Positions 9,167-15,805 are shown, counted from the first letter of the stretch. The stretch is 64,000 bases of DNA from Clostridia bacterium (GCA_017553325.1 JAFZMH010000004.1:95138-159137), one strand, 5' to 3'. Notes: a model not told the origin generated them from the sequence alone. Made by a program: numbers and translations.

Positions 9167-9487
9167 TCAACCTTTCGTTTGCGGGTTGAAATGCGCCGCC
9201 TTTTTGTTTGACGCTGATTGTTTTGTTTCCTGTTTTTTGAGTTCTTCGAGGAGACGCGATTTTTCACGTTCGAGTTCTTCGTCGGTCATATCCTCGTAGG
9301 TTTTTTCGGGGCTGAGTTCAAGATAAGTTTTTAAAGCCGTGCTGTCGGGAGGGCAATACTTTTTGACGATTTTCTTTTTGGTGAGAATACTGTCCCCTTC
9401 CTCGGTTATCGTATACTCCTCCTGAACCTCGTCATAGGTATAGCCTATCGCTTTTTTGAGCAAGGCCTTCACAATTTGTTCATCCAT
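9167..9487 (-). CDS. Small phage protein with a terminase-small-subunit-like PPD motif
   Basis: 106 aa. KKAIGYTYDEVQEE...KKKIVKKYCPPDSTALKTYLEL resembles the ..G..vee....kk..PPD..A..fwLknr segment seen in many Firmicute phage TerS-like proteins. Overlaps the TerL end by 19 nt. Confidence 0.4.
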   Translation of the reverse strand: MDEQIVKALLKKAIGYTYDEVQEEYTITEEGDSILTKKKIVKKYCPPDSTALKTYLELSPEKTYEDMTDEELEREKSRLLEELKKQETKQSASNKKAAHFNPQTKG

Positions 9488-10908
9488 TTGTTCTGCCTTA
9501 CCACGCTCCTTAATAGTTTTTCCTTGTCGAGTGCGATTTCACTCTTGGGTTCCGAGGCGGGTATCGGCGGGCGCGGTTGAGTCATCACGAAATATCGCAA
9601 TTCGTCGAGCGCGTGATCGTCGACTTTTTTCGGGCGATCGTTCTTTCCCCACCAATACGATTTGATCTCACGAATAAGATTTGTGCAAGTTTTGAATATA
9701 TAAATTCTCGGCGGATTTTGACACAACAGCGACTTTATGCGCTGAATTCCGCTGTATAAATCTTTGTTTACGTTTGTATTGACCAAAATTCCTTTTTCCG
9801 AAAACAATTCCGCCACGCTCTTTTCTCCCGACAAAGTGCGCTGGTTTGCGGCGCTGTCTATGAGCGCGAACAGGCGTCCTTTAGAGTCCGTTTGCCAGTC
9901 CAGACGACGGGCGATGTCAAATATCTTTTCCACGTGATAATCGATGGATTTGCCTGCTGCGTAGTGCTCTGCGATGACGTATATCGTGCCGTCGAAGTCC
10001 ACGGCATAAAAATGACAGGACGTTGGGTTGCTGAGTCCCGGGTCAATCGAGATGTTCGAGTACCAATCTTTGGGCACTTTGAAAGGTTCGACGACGTGAA
10101 TGTTTTGGTCGAACTCGGGATAGACGAGTCCCTCGCCAGAAAAGAACTTGCCGAAGCGTCTCGACTCCTGCTCGTCGTGCGACATTATGCTCGTCATATA
10201 ATCGATTTCGCGCCTGTCGAGATAGGGGTTGTCGTTCCACTCCATATACTCGCACCAAACCTCGTCCGAATTCAGCGAATTGAGTTCTATCTCGTCGTAC
10301 ACCCAAGTCAGACCCTTGAGCGGGGTCATCGTGCCGAATATATCTCCCGCCCTGTCGAAGACGCGCATTTTGCATTCGTCGTAGACGTCCTTGGGCGGTT
10401 CTTCGTCAAACCATACGAAATCCAAAGACGCACCCTGAAACTTTTCACGCCCTTGGTCGCAAGATTTAAACCCAATCTTCGATATTCCGCCAAAGGAATT
10501 GCGGACGACGATGTGGTCGATTATGCCGTATTCGGGAGAGGACTTTTTGCCCTCGCGCATTATTATATCGACGATGTGTCTCGGCGAGAGGTATTTGAGT
10601 ATCTTCGCCTGCGCCACGTCACGTTGCACCTGTTGCGTGAGGCTTACAACCCAACCGAAAACGTCGTTCCTATTCTGCCTGAAAGGATGGATACCGAGCG
10701 CCATCCATACGCTTTCAACCGCGCCGCACTCCGTCTTGCCCGAGCGATTTCCGCCGAAAACCCAGCGGTTGCGCCTTTGGCACTTGTGAAATGCCATCTG
10801 CTTTTCGTGCACGACGAAGCGATTGTAGTTTTTGAGCGCGCCCTCGTCTCTTAGGCGTTGTTCCCGCTCGATCTTCAAAACATTTTCGATAATCTGCGCG
10901 TCTTTCAT
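9469..10908 (-). CDS. Phage terminase large subunit (TerL)
   Basis: Walker A GGNRSGKTECG, a DFVWFDEE Walker B-like motif, and a nuclease-half C-terminus. The start is taken at ATG 10908 (the track start 10977 is TTG), so it is uncertain. Confidence 0.85.
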   Translation of the reverse strand: MKDAQIIENVLKIEREQRLRDEGALKNYNRFVVHEKQMAFHKCQRRNRWVFGGNRSGKTECGAVESVWMALGIHPFRQNRNDVFGWVVSLTQQVQRDVAQAKILKYLSPRHIVDIIMREGKKSSPEYGIIDHIVVRNSFGGISKIGFKSCDQGREKFQGASLDFVWFDEEPPKDVYDECKMRVFDRAGDIFGTMTPLKGLTWVYDEIELNSLNSDEVWCEYMEWNDNPYLDRREIDYMTSIMSHDEQESRRFGKFFSGEGLVYPEFDQNIHVVEPFKVPKDWYSNISIDPGLSNPTSCHFYAVDFDGTIYVIAEHYAAGKSIDYHVEKIFDIARRLDWQTDSKGRLFALIDSAANQRTLSGEKSVAELFSEKGILVNTNVNKDLYSGIQRIKSLLCQNPPRIYIFKTCTNLIREIKSYWWGKNDRPKKVDDHALDELRYFVMTQPRPPIPASEPKSEIALDKEKLLRSVVRQNKWMNKL

Positions 10909-11041
10909 ACCGAAATCATAAGACCGACGGGTTGCGAATTGCAAAGTATTATGCCAATTTTTTACGGCTAAAAACAAAAAATTCTCGAGAACTTGAAATA
11001 AACGCTTTTTTTTTGGAAAATATTATAGTATCATATAAAAT

Positions 11042-12061
11042 ATGAGAAAAAATTTGTTCGACAAAACGGCTACAATACTCGTTATGGCCATCGTGCTTGC
11101 AGTGATAATCGCGATGGCTCTTCTCATATACCTGCCTGCGTTTACGGCGTACGCAGAAGGCGAGGAAGCAGAAGTCGAGACCGTCACGACGACCTGCCTT
11201 ACGGTCTCCCCGACAGACCTTGAACACAACGCATACGCAGGGACTACGGGCGTCGCCGTCAAAGACCTAAACACGGACGAAACGGTCTTTTATCTCCCGC
11301 AAAGTTATTTCTTGACGAACGTGGAGTATCAAAGAATCGCAAGGTTCAACTTTGAATATTACACTTTCTCCTACGCGGGACTTGACACGAGCAAATGGTA
11401 CGTCGAATACAGCGAGAATTTGACGGTGCAGACCGTCACGTTCGCAGTCGACGAAAACCCCTTCCCCGACGTGCGTTTGACGCTCAAAGAAGACGCCGCT
11501 CCCAACCTCGACGAGGAGACCGTGCTCACAAACGAGTATACGATAAAGTTTTTGGGGTTCAACGAGACGGGCGAGTCGTATTACGTTTCGGCAACGAAGG
11601 ATGCCGTGACGAAGTACGCGATGATTGAAAAATCGGCGTTTGTCGAAAACGCTATACCATATCAAGCGCGCACGCAGGCGGAACGCGAAGAACTCTTGCG
11701 CGCGATAGCCAGCGAGCCGAAAGCGGGCGACATCGTCCCCAACACCTCGAAGACGTTGCGCATTATCCTCATCGTGGGCATTTGCGTCCCCGCAGCGCTT
11801 ATAGTGCTCTTGCTCTTCAAGCCGACGAAAGGCGCGAGAAGAACCTCCGTCCCCCGCGAACGCAGACGCGATGAATTCGACTATGACGACGCGCGCTCCT
11901 ATCGCAGAGACGACAGAGATTACGACCGTCGTGACGAGAGAGATTATGACCGTCGTGACGATAGGTATTACCGCGACGATAGGGACTATCGGGACGACAG
12001 ACGAGATTACCGCGACGACAGAGACCGCGACAGAAGAGAATTCAGAGACGACAGACGATAA
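11042..12061 (+). CDS. Bitopic/two-TM membrane protein with an extracytoplasmic domain and a 74-aa Arg/Asp/Tyr-rich cytoplasmic tail
   Basis: 339 aa. N-terminal TM (ILVMAIVLAVIIAMALLIYL), second TM (LRIILIVGICVPAALIVLLLF), then RDDRDYDRRDERDYDRRDDRYYRDDRDYRDD... Confidence 0.6.
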   Translation: MRKNLFDKTATILVMAIVLAVIIAMALLIYLPAFTAYAEGEEAEVETVTTTCLTVSPTDLEHNAYAGTTGVAVKDLNTDETVFYLPQSYFLTNVEYQRIARFNFEYYTFSYAGLDTSKWYVEYSENLTVQTVTFAVDENPFPDVRLTLKEDAAPNLDEETVLTNEYTIKFLGFNETGESYYVSATKDAVTKYAMIEKSAFVENAIPYQARTQAEREELLRAIASEPKAGDIVPNTSKTLRIILIVGICVPAALIVLLLFKPTKGARRTSVPRERRRDEFDYDDARSYRRDDRDYDRRDERDYDRRDDRYYRDDRDYRDDRRDYRDDRDRDRREFRDDRR

Positions 12062-12087
12062 AAAAACGAGCGGACGCTCGTTTTTTT
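12058..12087. terminator. Bidirectional rho-independent terminator
   Basis: An A-run, then ACGAGCG-GA-CGCTCGT, then a T-run. It sits between convergent genes. Confidence 0.75.
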
Positions 12088-12111
12088 GATTTCCTTTTTC
12101 GGTTTAAAGTA

Positions 12112-12834
12112 TTATTCCTCTTGCTGCTCTTCTTGTTGCAAGTTCTCTTGCGATTTCGCTTTTTCTCGCTTGCCCGCTCTGACCTTGTGCGCAACGCCTA
12201 CGCCGATTGCTATTGAAGAAAGAATTACGACGAGCGCGACGATAAAGCCTACGCAGACGGCAAAGAATTCTTCAGGCAAAATCATTATGACCTGCTCCGT
12301 TCTCTCGTTGAATATCCAATTCCCTTTGCCGGGGAAAAACACTGCGTGGAAAAGATTGAAGAGTTTGTCGAAGTCGATAGCCGCAAAGATGCCGATTGCA
12401 ATCATCAAAAGGAGAGTGAGTATACCGCCGTACGAGACGGAAGATATGCCTTTAAACCGCGCGGAGCGAAGCACCTTCGTTTTGAGAAGTATGAGATATG
12501 CAAGCAGATACGCGCCGAGCATGCTCGCCAAAATCACTTGCAGATGAAATAGCGGGACGCAGTCCTCAAAGTGCGCCTTCTCCTCTTCCGTCCACGCAAG
12601 ACTGCCCGTCTTGAACTCCGCGCCTTCCCAAATAAACTCCATAACGTCGTCGTACGCCTCGACTATGGTCTCGCGGTCGTAGCCGCTGTATTCCTCAATG
12701 CCGAGCGGAGTTATGCAAACGTAATAGAATGGGCGAAAAACCGCGGGTATGCTCACGGCAACGGATATGAAAAACAAGGGCGTCGCCAAAAATGCCAACA
12801 CCGAACATATCACGTCAATCGGTCTATTTTTCAT
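12112..12834 (-). CDS. TIGR01906 family integral membrane protein
   Basis: 240 aa. N-terminal TM followed by a ..YYVCITPLGIEEYSGYDRETIVEAYDDVMEFIW.. segment typical of this family, then C-terminal TM helices. Confidence 0.65.
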   Translation of the reverse strand: MKNRPIDVICSVLAFLATPLFFISVAVSIPAVFRPFYYVCITPLGIEEYSGYDRETIVEAYDDVMEFIWEGAEFKTGSLAWTEEEKAHFEDCVPLFHLQVILASMLGAYLLAYLILLKTKVLRSARFKGISSVSYGGILTLLLMIAIGIFAAIDFDKLFNLFHAVFFPGKGNWIFNERTEQVIMILPEEFFAVCVGFIVALVVILSSIAIGVGVAHKVRAGKREKAKSQENLQQEEQQEE

Positions 12835-13531
12835 ACAACCTCCCGTTTGAAAGTCCGATAAGCACCTGCGACGGCGTGTAGAACAGCCAAATATATTCCC
12901 ACGCCATACCGTCGAAGACGTTCATCAGCCCCACGGATATATCACAGCCTATAAACAGCAAGAACCCCACGGACAAGACGATAGCCTTTATTCGCTCCGC
13001 CCTGTCTTTTGCCATAATCGCGCTCGCGACGTTTTCAAAAAAGTTCATCACGAGTTGCACGAAATAGATTGCGACCAGCGCGTACAAGACGTTCAGCTCT
13101 CCCATCGACGCCAGCACAATAATAATGACGACGGGAAGCAGCGTCCTCAAAGCGATTGACGTCGCAAGCCAAACCTTCGTGCGCCTTACGCGAGCAAAAT
13201 AACAGAGTTGAGCGGCGATAAACGCAATCACCCCAACGACGAAATGCTCCTCAAGTACGAGTAGCATAAGGTCGGCAATGAGCGTACACGCAAGCCCGAG
13301 CGACAAAAGCATAGCGTCAAAAAGCGCGCGCTTGTCCCTTTGGCAAAAGGCGAAAAATACGAGCGAAAACGCAAACGCCAGCACGACAGTCGCGTATTTG
13401 AGCCATACGTTTTGCCCTACGTCCGCCCCGCCGAAGTCCTCGGCCATAAACAGCGCGTAGAGTATAATCTCAACCGCCACGAACACGCCCGCAAAAGCGA
13501 TTTTCAATTTGTTTTGCATCTTTTCCGCCAT
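12824..13531 (-). CDS. YhhN family membrane protein (lysoplasmalogenase-like)
   Basis: 235 aa with about 8 TM helices. Family assigned from overall pattern and from the common pairing with TIGR01906 genes. Confidence 0.55.
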   Translation of the reverse strand: MAEKMQNKLKIAFAGVFVAVEIILYALFMAEDFGGADVGQNVWLKYATVVLAFAFSLVFFAFCQRDKRALFDAMLLSLGLACTLIADLMLLVLEEHFVVGVIAFIAAQLCYFARVRRTKVWLATSIALRTLLPVVIIIVLASMGELNVLYALVAIYFVQLVMNFFENVASAIMAKDRAERIKAIVLSVGFLLFIGCDISVGLMNVFDGMAWEYIWLFYTPSQVLIGLSNGRLYEK

Positions 13532-13615
13532 CGCCTCACCTATTCACTCATATATTAACATCAATCAACAAAAACCGCAAACACAAATTGAAATTATATA
13601 ATAATTGTAAAGAGC

Positions 13616-13640
13616 AAAAAAAACGAACCTTTCGGTTCGT
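13616..13640 (-). terminator. Rho-independent terminator of the RNase III/peptide operon
   Basis: On the minus strand: ACGAACC-GAAA-GGTTCGT followed by TTTTTTTT. Confidence 0.7.
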
Positions 13641-13763
13641 ATATTTTTCTTTGTATCTGCACCTAATGATTGATACAATGCACCCAGGGGTGCAACGGGT
13701 GCAATTATGAAGATAGCCCACCGTATACGGTGGGCTAAAGTGCAAGTGTTTATAAACTATTCA

Positions 13764-13928
13764 TTACTTTTTATGTTCTTGATAGTTTTGATTATTCGGA
13801 TTGCATTGATTGGAATGATTATTATTGTTCGCTTGGTGTGCAGCATTGTTAGGATTATGCTGATTTGCGTAGTGATTAATTTGTTGTTGCGTATGTGTAT
13901 GACTGGATACGCCATGACCTTTACTCAT
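13764..13928 (-). CDS. 54-aa Asn/Gln/His-rich hydrophilic peptide (MSKGHGVSSHTHTQQQINHYANQHNPNNAAHQANNNNHSNQCNPNNQNYQEHKK)
   Basis: An AAGGAGG SD is embedded in the last codons of the RNase III gene, 9 nt before the ATG at 13928. The ORF overlaps the upstream stop by 8 nt, which suggests translational coupling. Confidence 0.55.
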   Translation of the reverse strand: MSKGHGVSSHTHTQQQINHYANQHNPNNAAHQANNNNHSNQCNPNNQNYQEHKK

Positions 13929-14754
13929 CGTCATCGTCCTCCTTTCTGAATTCATCAGGTATGTTGTAATGCTCGCATAATACCAAATAAGCGGCATACA
14001 ATTTTGCTCTTTTCTTTGAAGTTCCATATGCAGTTTTTGAAAGTCTCCAATTCCTTACAGTACAAGTGCAAGCCCACCAGTATTTATTATCAAAATAAAC
14101 TTGATCCTCAGGCTCGTCATAATCTGGAATAGAACAGATACCATGTTCCCCAAGTTCTTTTAGAGTTGTTATTGCATTTTCAAGTTTGAACTTGTCAGGT
14201 CTTTCTTCTTCTACGTCGACATCGTCAAAAAAATCATCAATGATCAGTAAATTTGCCACTACATTTTCAAGGATATCAGGATTCCAATTTGTATCAATTG
14301 CTACAGCACCAAGTATTGCTTCAAATAAATCTGCTTTTACTTTTTCTTGCCTCTCAACATGATTATCTTTGTCACTGTCGCCCAAGAAAAAGTATTTTGC
14401 AAAGCCAAGTTTATCAATCCTTTTTGCAAGCGTTTTATTAGAGACGATTTCCTTTTTTAAATCGGTAAAATCCGCTTCGTTCTTGTGAGCAACAATACAG
14501 AATTCATTGTAATCGTTTTCTTTGTCGTAATAGTTTGACTCTGACTTTAAAAACCCGAATTCATCAGCAATTATTTTGACAACATAAAAATCAAGTACTT
14601 TGTCGCCTAAGAATTCAAGTACTTCATTGTTCTCACTACCAAATTGCGTTGAATAGGAACTCCTTGTAAAAGCCTGAAAAAGTAAATCGGTATTATTAAA
14701 ACGATAACCGATTTTTTCTTGGACAATGGCTAAATCTTCGCTTAGTTTTGACAT
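13921..14754 (-). CDS. RNase III family protein (catalytic domain plus dsRBD-like C-terminus), accessory-looking paralogue
   Basis: 277 aa from ATG 14754 (AGGAGGT 6 nt upstream). Signature NEVLEFLGDKVL and DLFEAILGAVAID carry all the acidic catalytic residues. C-terminal ..GTSKKRAKLYAAYLVL.. is dsRBD-like. Has a ~25-aa insertion and a DDDDE tail. A sampled line is 30% GC. Confidence 0.8.
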   Translation of the reverse strand: MSKLSEDLAIVQEKIGYRFNNTDLLFQAFTRSSYSTQFGSENNEVLEFLGDKVLDFYVVKIIADEFGFLKSESNYYDKENDYNEFCIVAHKNEADFTDLKKEIVSNKTLAKRIDKLGFAKYFFLGDSDKDNHVERQEKVKADLFEAILGAVAIDTNWNPDILENVVANLLIIDDFFDDVDVEEERPDKFKLENAITTLKELGEHGICSIPDYDEPEDQVYFDNKYWWACTCTVRNWRLSKTAYGTSKKRAKLYAAYLVLCEHYNIPDEFRKEDDDDE

Positions 14755-14970
14755 CGTTTTACCTCCTAAAAGTTTTCTGTCCTTAGGAAACAAAAAAGCC
14801 TTTGCCGATAAGAAAGACTCCTCCTAACGAGAGCCTGCTTATGCAAAGGTCTGATTTTATCAAAACAATTTTTGTAAAACTTTCTACTTAAAACCTCCCA
14901 CTTGCAAAAGGTCTTAAACAAATCGCATTACTTAACTACTTTGAGGAAATAGATCCTTTCCTTTTCGGAC
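14755..14970 (-). promoter_or_regulatory. Long structured 5' leader of the RNase III gene with a terminator-like hairpin
   Basis: About 215 nt lie between the consensus promoter and the start codon. Hairpin CCTTTGC(AT AAG)...(CTTAT)cgGCAAAGG at 14799-14849 is followed on the minus strand by CUUUUUUG, about 25 nt before the SD. Confidence 0.5.
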
Positions 14971-14976
14971 AACGTA

Positions 14977-15005
14977 ATTATAACATAACATTTTTTAAAT
15001 GTCAA
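14977..15005 (-). promoter_or_regulatory. Perfect consensus sigma70 promoter of the RNase III islet
   Basis: On the minus strand: TTGACA (15000-15005), 17-nt spacer, TATAAT (14977-14982). Confidence 0.7.
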
Positions 15006-15007
15006 TA

Positions 15008-15046
15008 GAAAAAGAAAAAGCAGTGACCGATTGTATCAATCACTGC
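15008..15046 (-). terminator. Rho-independent terminator after tRNA-Lys
   Basis: On the minus strand: GCAGTGA...TCACTGC (15020-15046) followed by TTTTTCTTTTTCT. Confidence 0.65.
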
Positions 15047-15054
15047 CATCGATT

Positions 15055-15130
15055 TGGTGCGTCTTCAGGGACTCGAACCCTGGACCCACTGATTAAGAGT
15101 CAGTTGCTCTACCAACTGAGCTAAAGACGC
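15055..15130 (-). tRNA. tRNA-Lys (anticodon CUU)
   Basis: Hand-folded cloverleaf. Acceptor GCGTCTT/AAGACGC, D-loop AGCTCAGTTGGTAGAGC, anticodon loop CTCTTAA, T-arm GGTTCGAGTCC, encoded CCA. Confidence 0.9.
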
Positions 15131-15204
15131 ATAATTGAGGGTTGACCCTCAACTATCAATGGAGCGGTGTCTCGCGGATAGTTTGCACTATCCACGTACC
15201 CCGT

Positions 15205-15279
15205 TGGAGCGGGAGACGGGATTCGGACCCGCGACTTCCACCTTGGCAAGGTGGCATTCTACCACTGAATCACTCCCGC
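15205..15279 (-). tRNA. tRNA-Gly (anticodon GCC)
   Basis: GCGGGAG..TTCAGTGGTAGAA..CCACCTTGCCAAGGTGG..GGTCCGAATCC..CTCCCGCTCCA. Anticodon loop TTGCCAA. Confidence 0.9.
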
Positions 15280-15289
15280 GTGCCAAAAT

Positions 15290-15318
15290 ATAATAACAAA
15301 CATATTGCAAAAATGCAA
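15290..15318 (-). promoter_or_regulatory. Candidate promoter of the tRNA-Gly/tRNA-Lys unit
   Basis: On the minus strand: TTGCAT (15313-15318), 17-nt spacer, TATTAT (15290-15295), about 10 nt before the tRNA-Gly 5' end. Confidence 0.6.
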
Positions 15319-15381
15319 CAACTTTTTTTGCAATTTTGCGCCAAAAGCAAAAATTTTTCACCTCTCTCGCAAAACAATCGC

Positions 15382-15410
15382 TTTACATCACGCCAAAAGC
15401 CGTATATAAT
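15382..15410 (+). promoter_or_regulatory. Candidate promoter of tRNA-Leu
   Basis: TTTACA (15382-15387), 17-nt spacer, TATAAT (15405-15410), 9 nt before the tRNA 5' end. Confidence 0.65.
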
Positions 15411-15419
15411 TATGCTCAC

Positions 15420-15503
15420 GCGGATGTGGTGAAATTGGCATACACGCTAGATTTAGGTTCTAGTGCGATGAGCGTGCAGGTTCAAGTCCTGTCATCCGCA
15501 CCA
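15420..15503 (+). tRNA. tRNA-Leu (anticodon UAG), class II with long variable arm
   Basis: GCGGATGTGGTGAAATTGGCATACACG, anticodon stem-loop CTAGA-TTTAGGT-TCTAG, variable arm, T-arm GGTTCAAGTCC, encoded CCA. Confidence 0.9.
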
Positions 15504-15514
15504 ATGAAAAACAT

Positions 15515-15539
15515 ACGAACCGTAAGGTTCGTTTTTTTT
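15515..15539 (+). terminator. Rho-independent terminator after tRNA-Leu
   Basis: ACGAACC-GTAA-GGTTCGT followed by TTTTTTTT. Confidence 0.75.
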
Positions 15540-15658
15540 CTGCGGATTGGGACTTGCAACAATAATATTGTTGGCAAACTATGTTTGCAACCTGCCCGCC
15601 ACGCGTGCAGCTGACGCGCTTGAAATACAAGCGCTATTACGCTCGAGCCATCTCGCTA

Positions 15659-15679
15659 CAAGTCCTGTCATCCGCACCA
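15659..15679 (+). repeat. Orphan copy of the tRNA-Leu 3' end (21-bp direct repeat of 15483-15503)
   Basis: CAAGTCCTGTCATCCGCACCA is identical at both sites. The second copy lacks the rest of the tRNA and has its own terminator. Confidence 0.85.
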
Positions 15680-15682
15680 AAA

Positions 15683-15710
15683 ACGAGCATTATTCGCTCG
15701 TTTTTCTTTT
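15683..15710 (+). terminator. Rho-independent terminator after the orphan tRNA-Leu 3' fragment
   Basis: ACGAGC-attattc-GCTCGT followed by TTTTCTTTT. Confidence 0.6.
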
Positions 15711-15761
15711 GCTCGCAGTGACTCGTACCCTGCGGGTACGTGTCCGACTTCGGCGTATAAA

Positions 15762-15785
15762 AAAGGACTCAATGTTGAGTCCTTT
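15762..15785. terminator. Hairpin terminator downstream of the 483-aa membrane protein gene
   Basis: AAAGGACTCAA-TG-TTGAGTCCTTT, flanked by an A-run and a T-rich run. Confidence 0.65.
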
Positions 15786-15805
15786 TGGTTTTCTGAAACT
15801 ATTTA

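Noticed and set aside
11871-12061. Short periodic repeats that might suggest a CRISPR array or a non-coding tandem repeat.
   Set aside because: The repeats are in-frame codon repeats (RD/RDY) inside a continuous ORF. There is no repeat-spacer architecture, and no CRISPR array anywhere in the window.
13623-13640. Identical 7-bp terminator stems (ACGAACC/GGTTCGT) at 13623-13640 and 15515-15532, considered as possible island-bounding direct repeats.
   Set aside because: The loops and flanks differ, and the interval includes backbone-composition tRNA genes. This is more likely convergent terminator sequence than att sites.
13707-13949. 80-aa hydrophobic plus-strand ORF in the AT-rich islet.
   Set aside because: It is antisense to the better-supported 54-aa peptide ORF and the RNase III 3' end. 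It has no SD, and its Ile/Leu richness is simply the complement of Asn/Gln codons.
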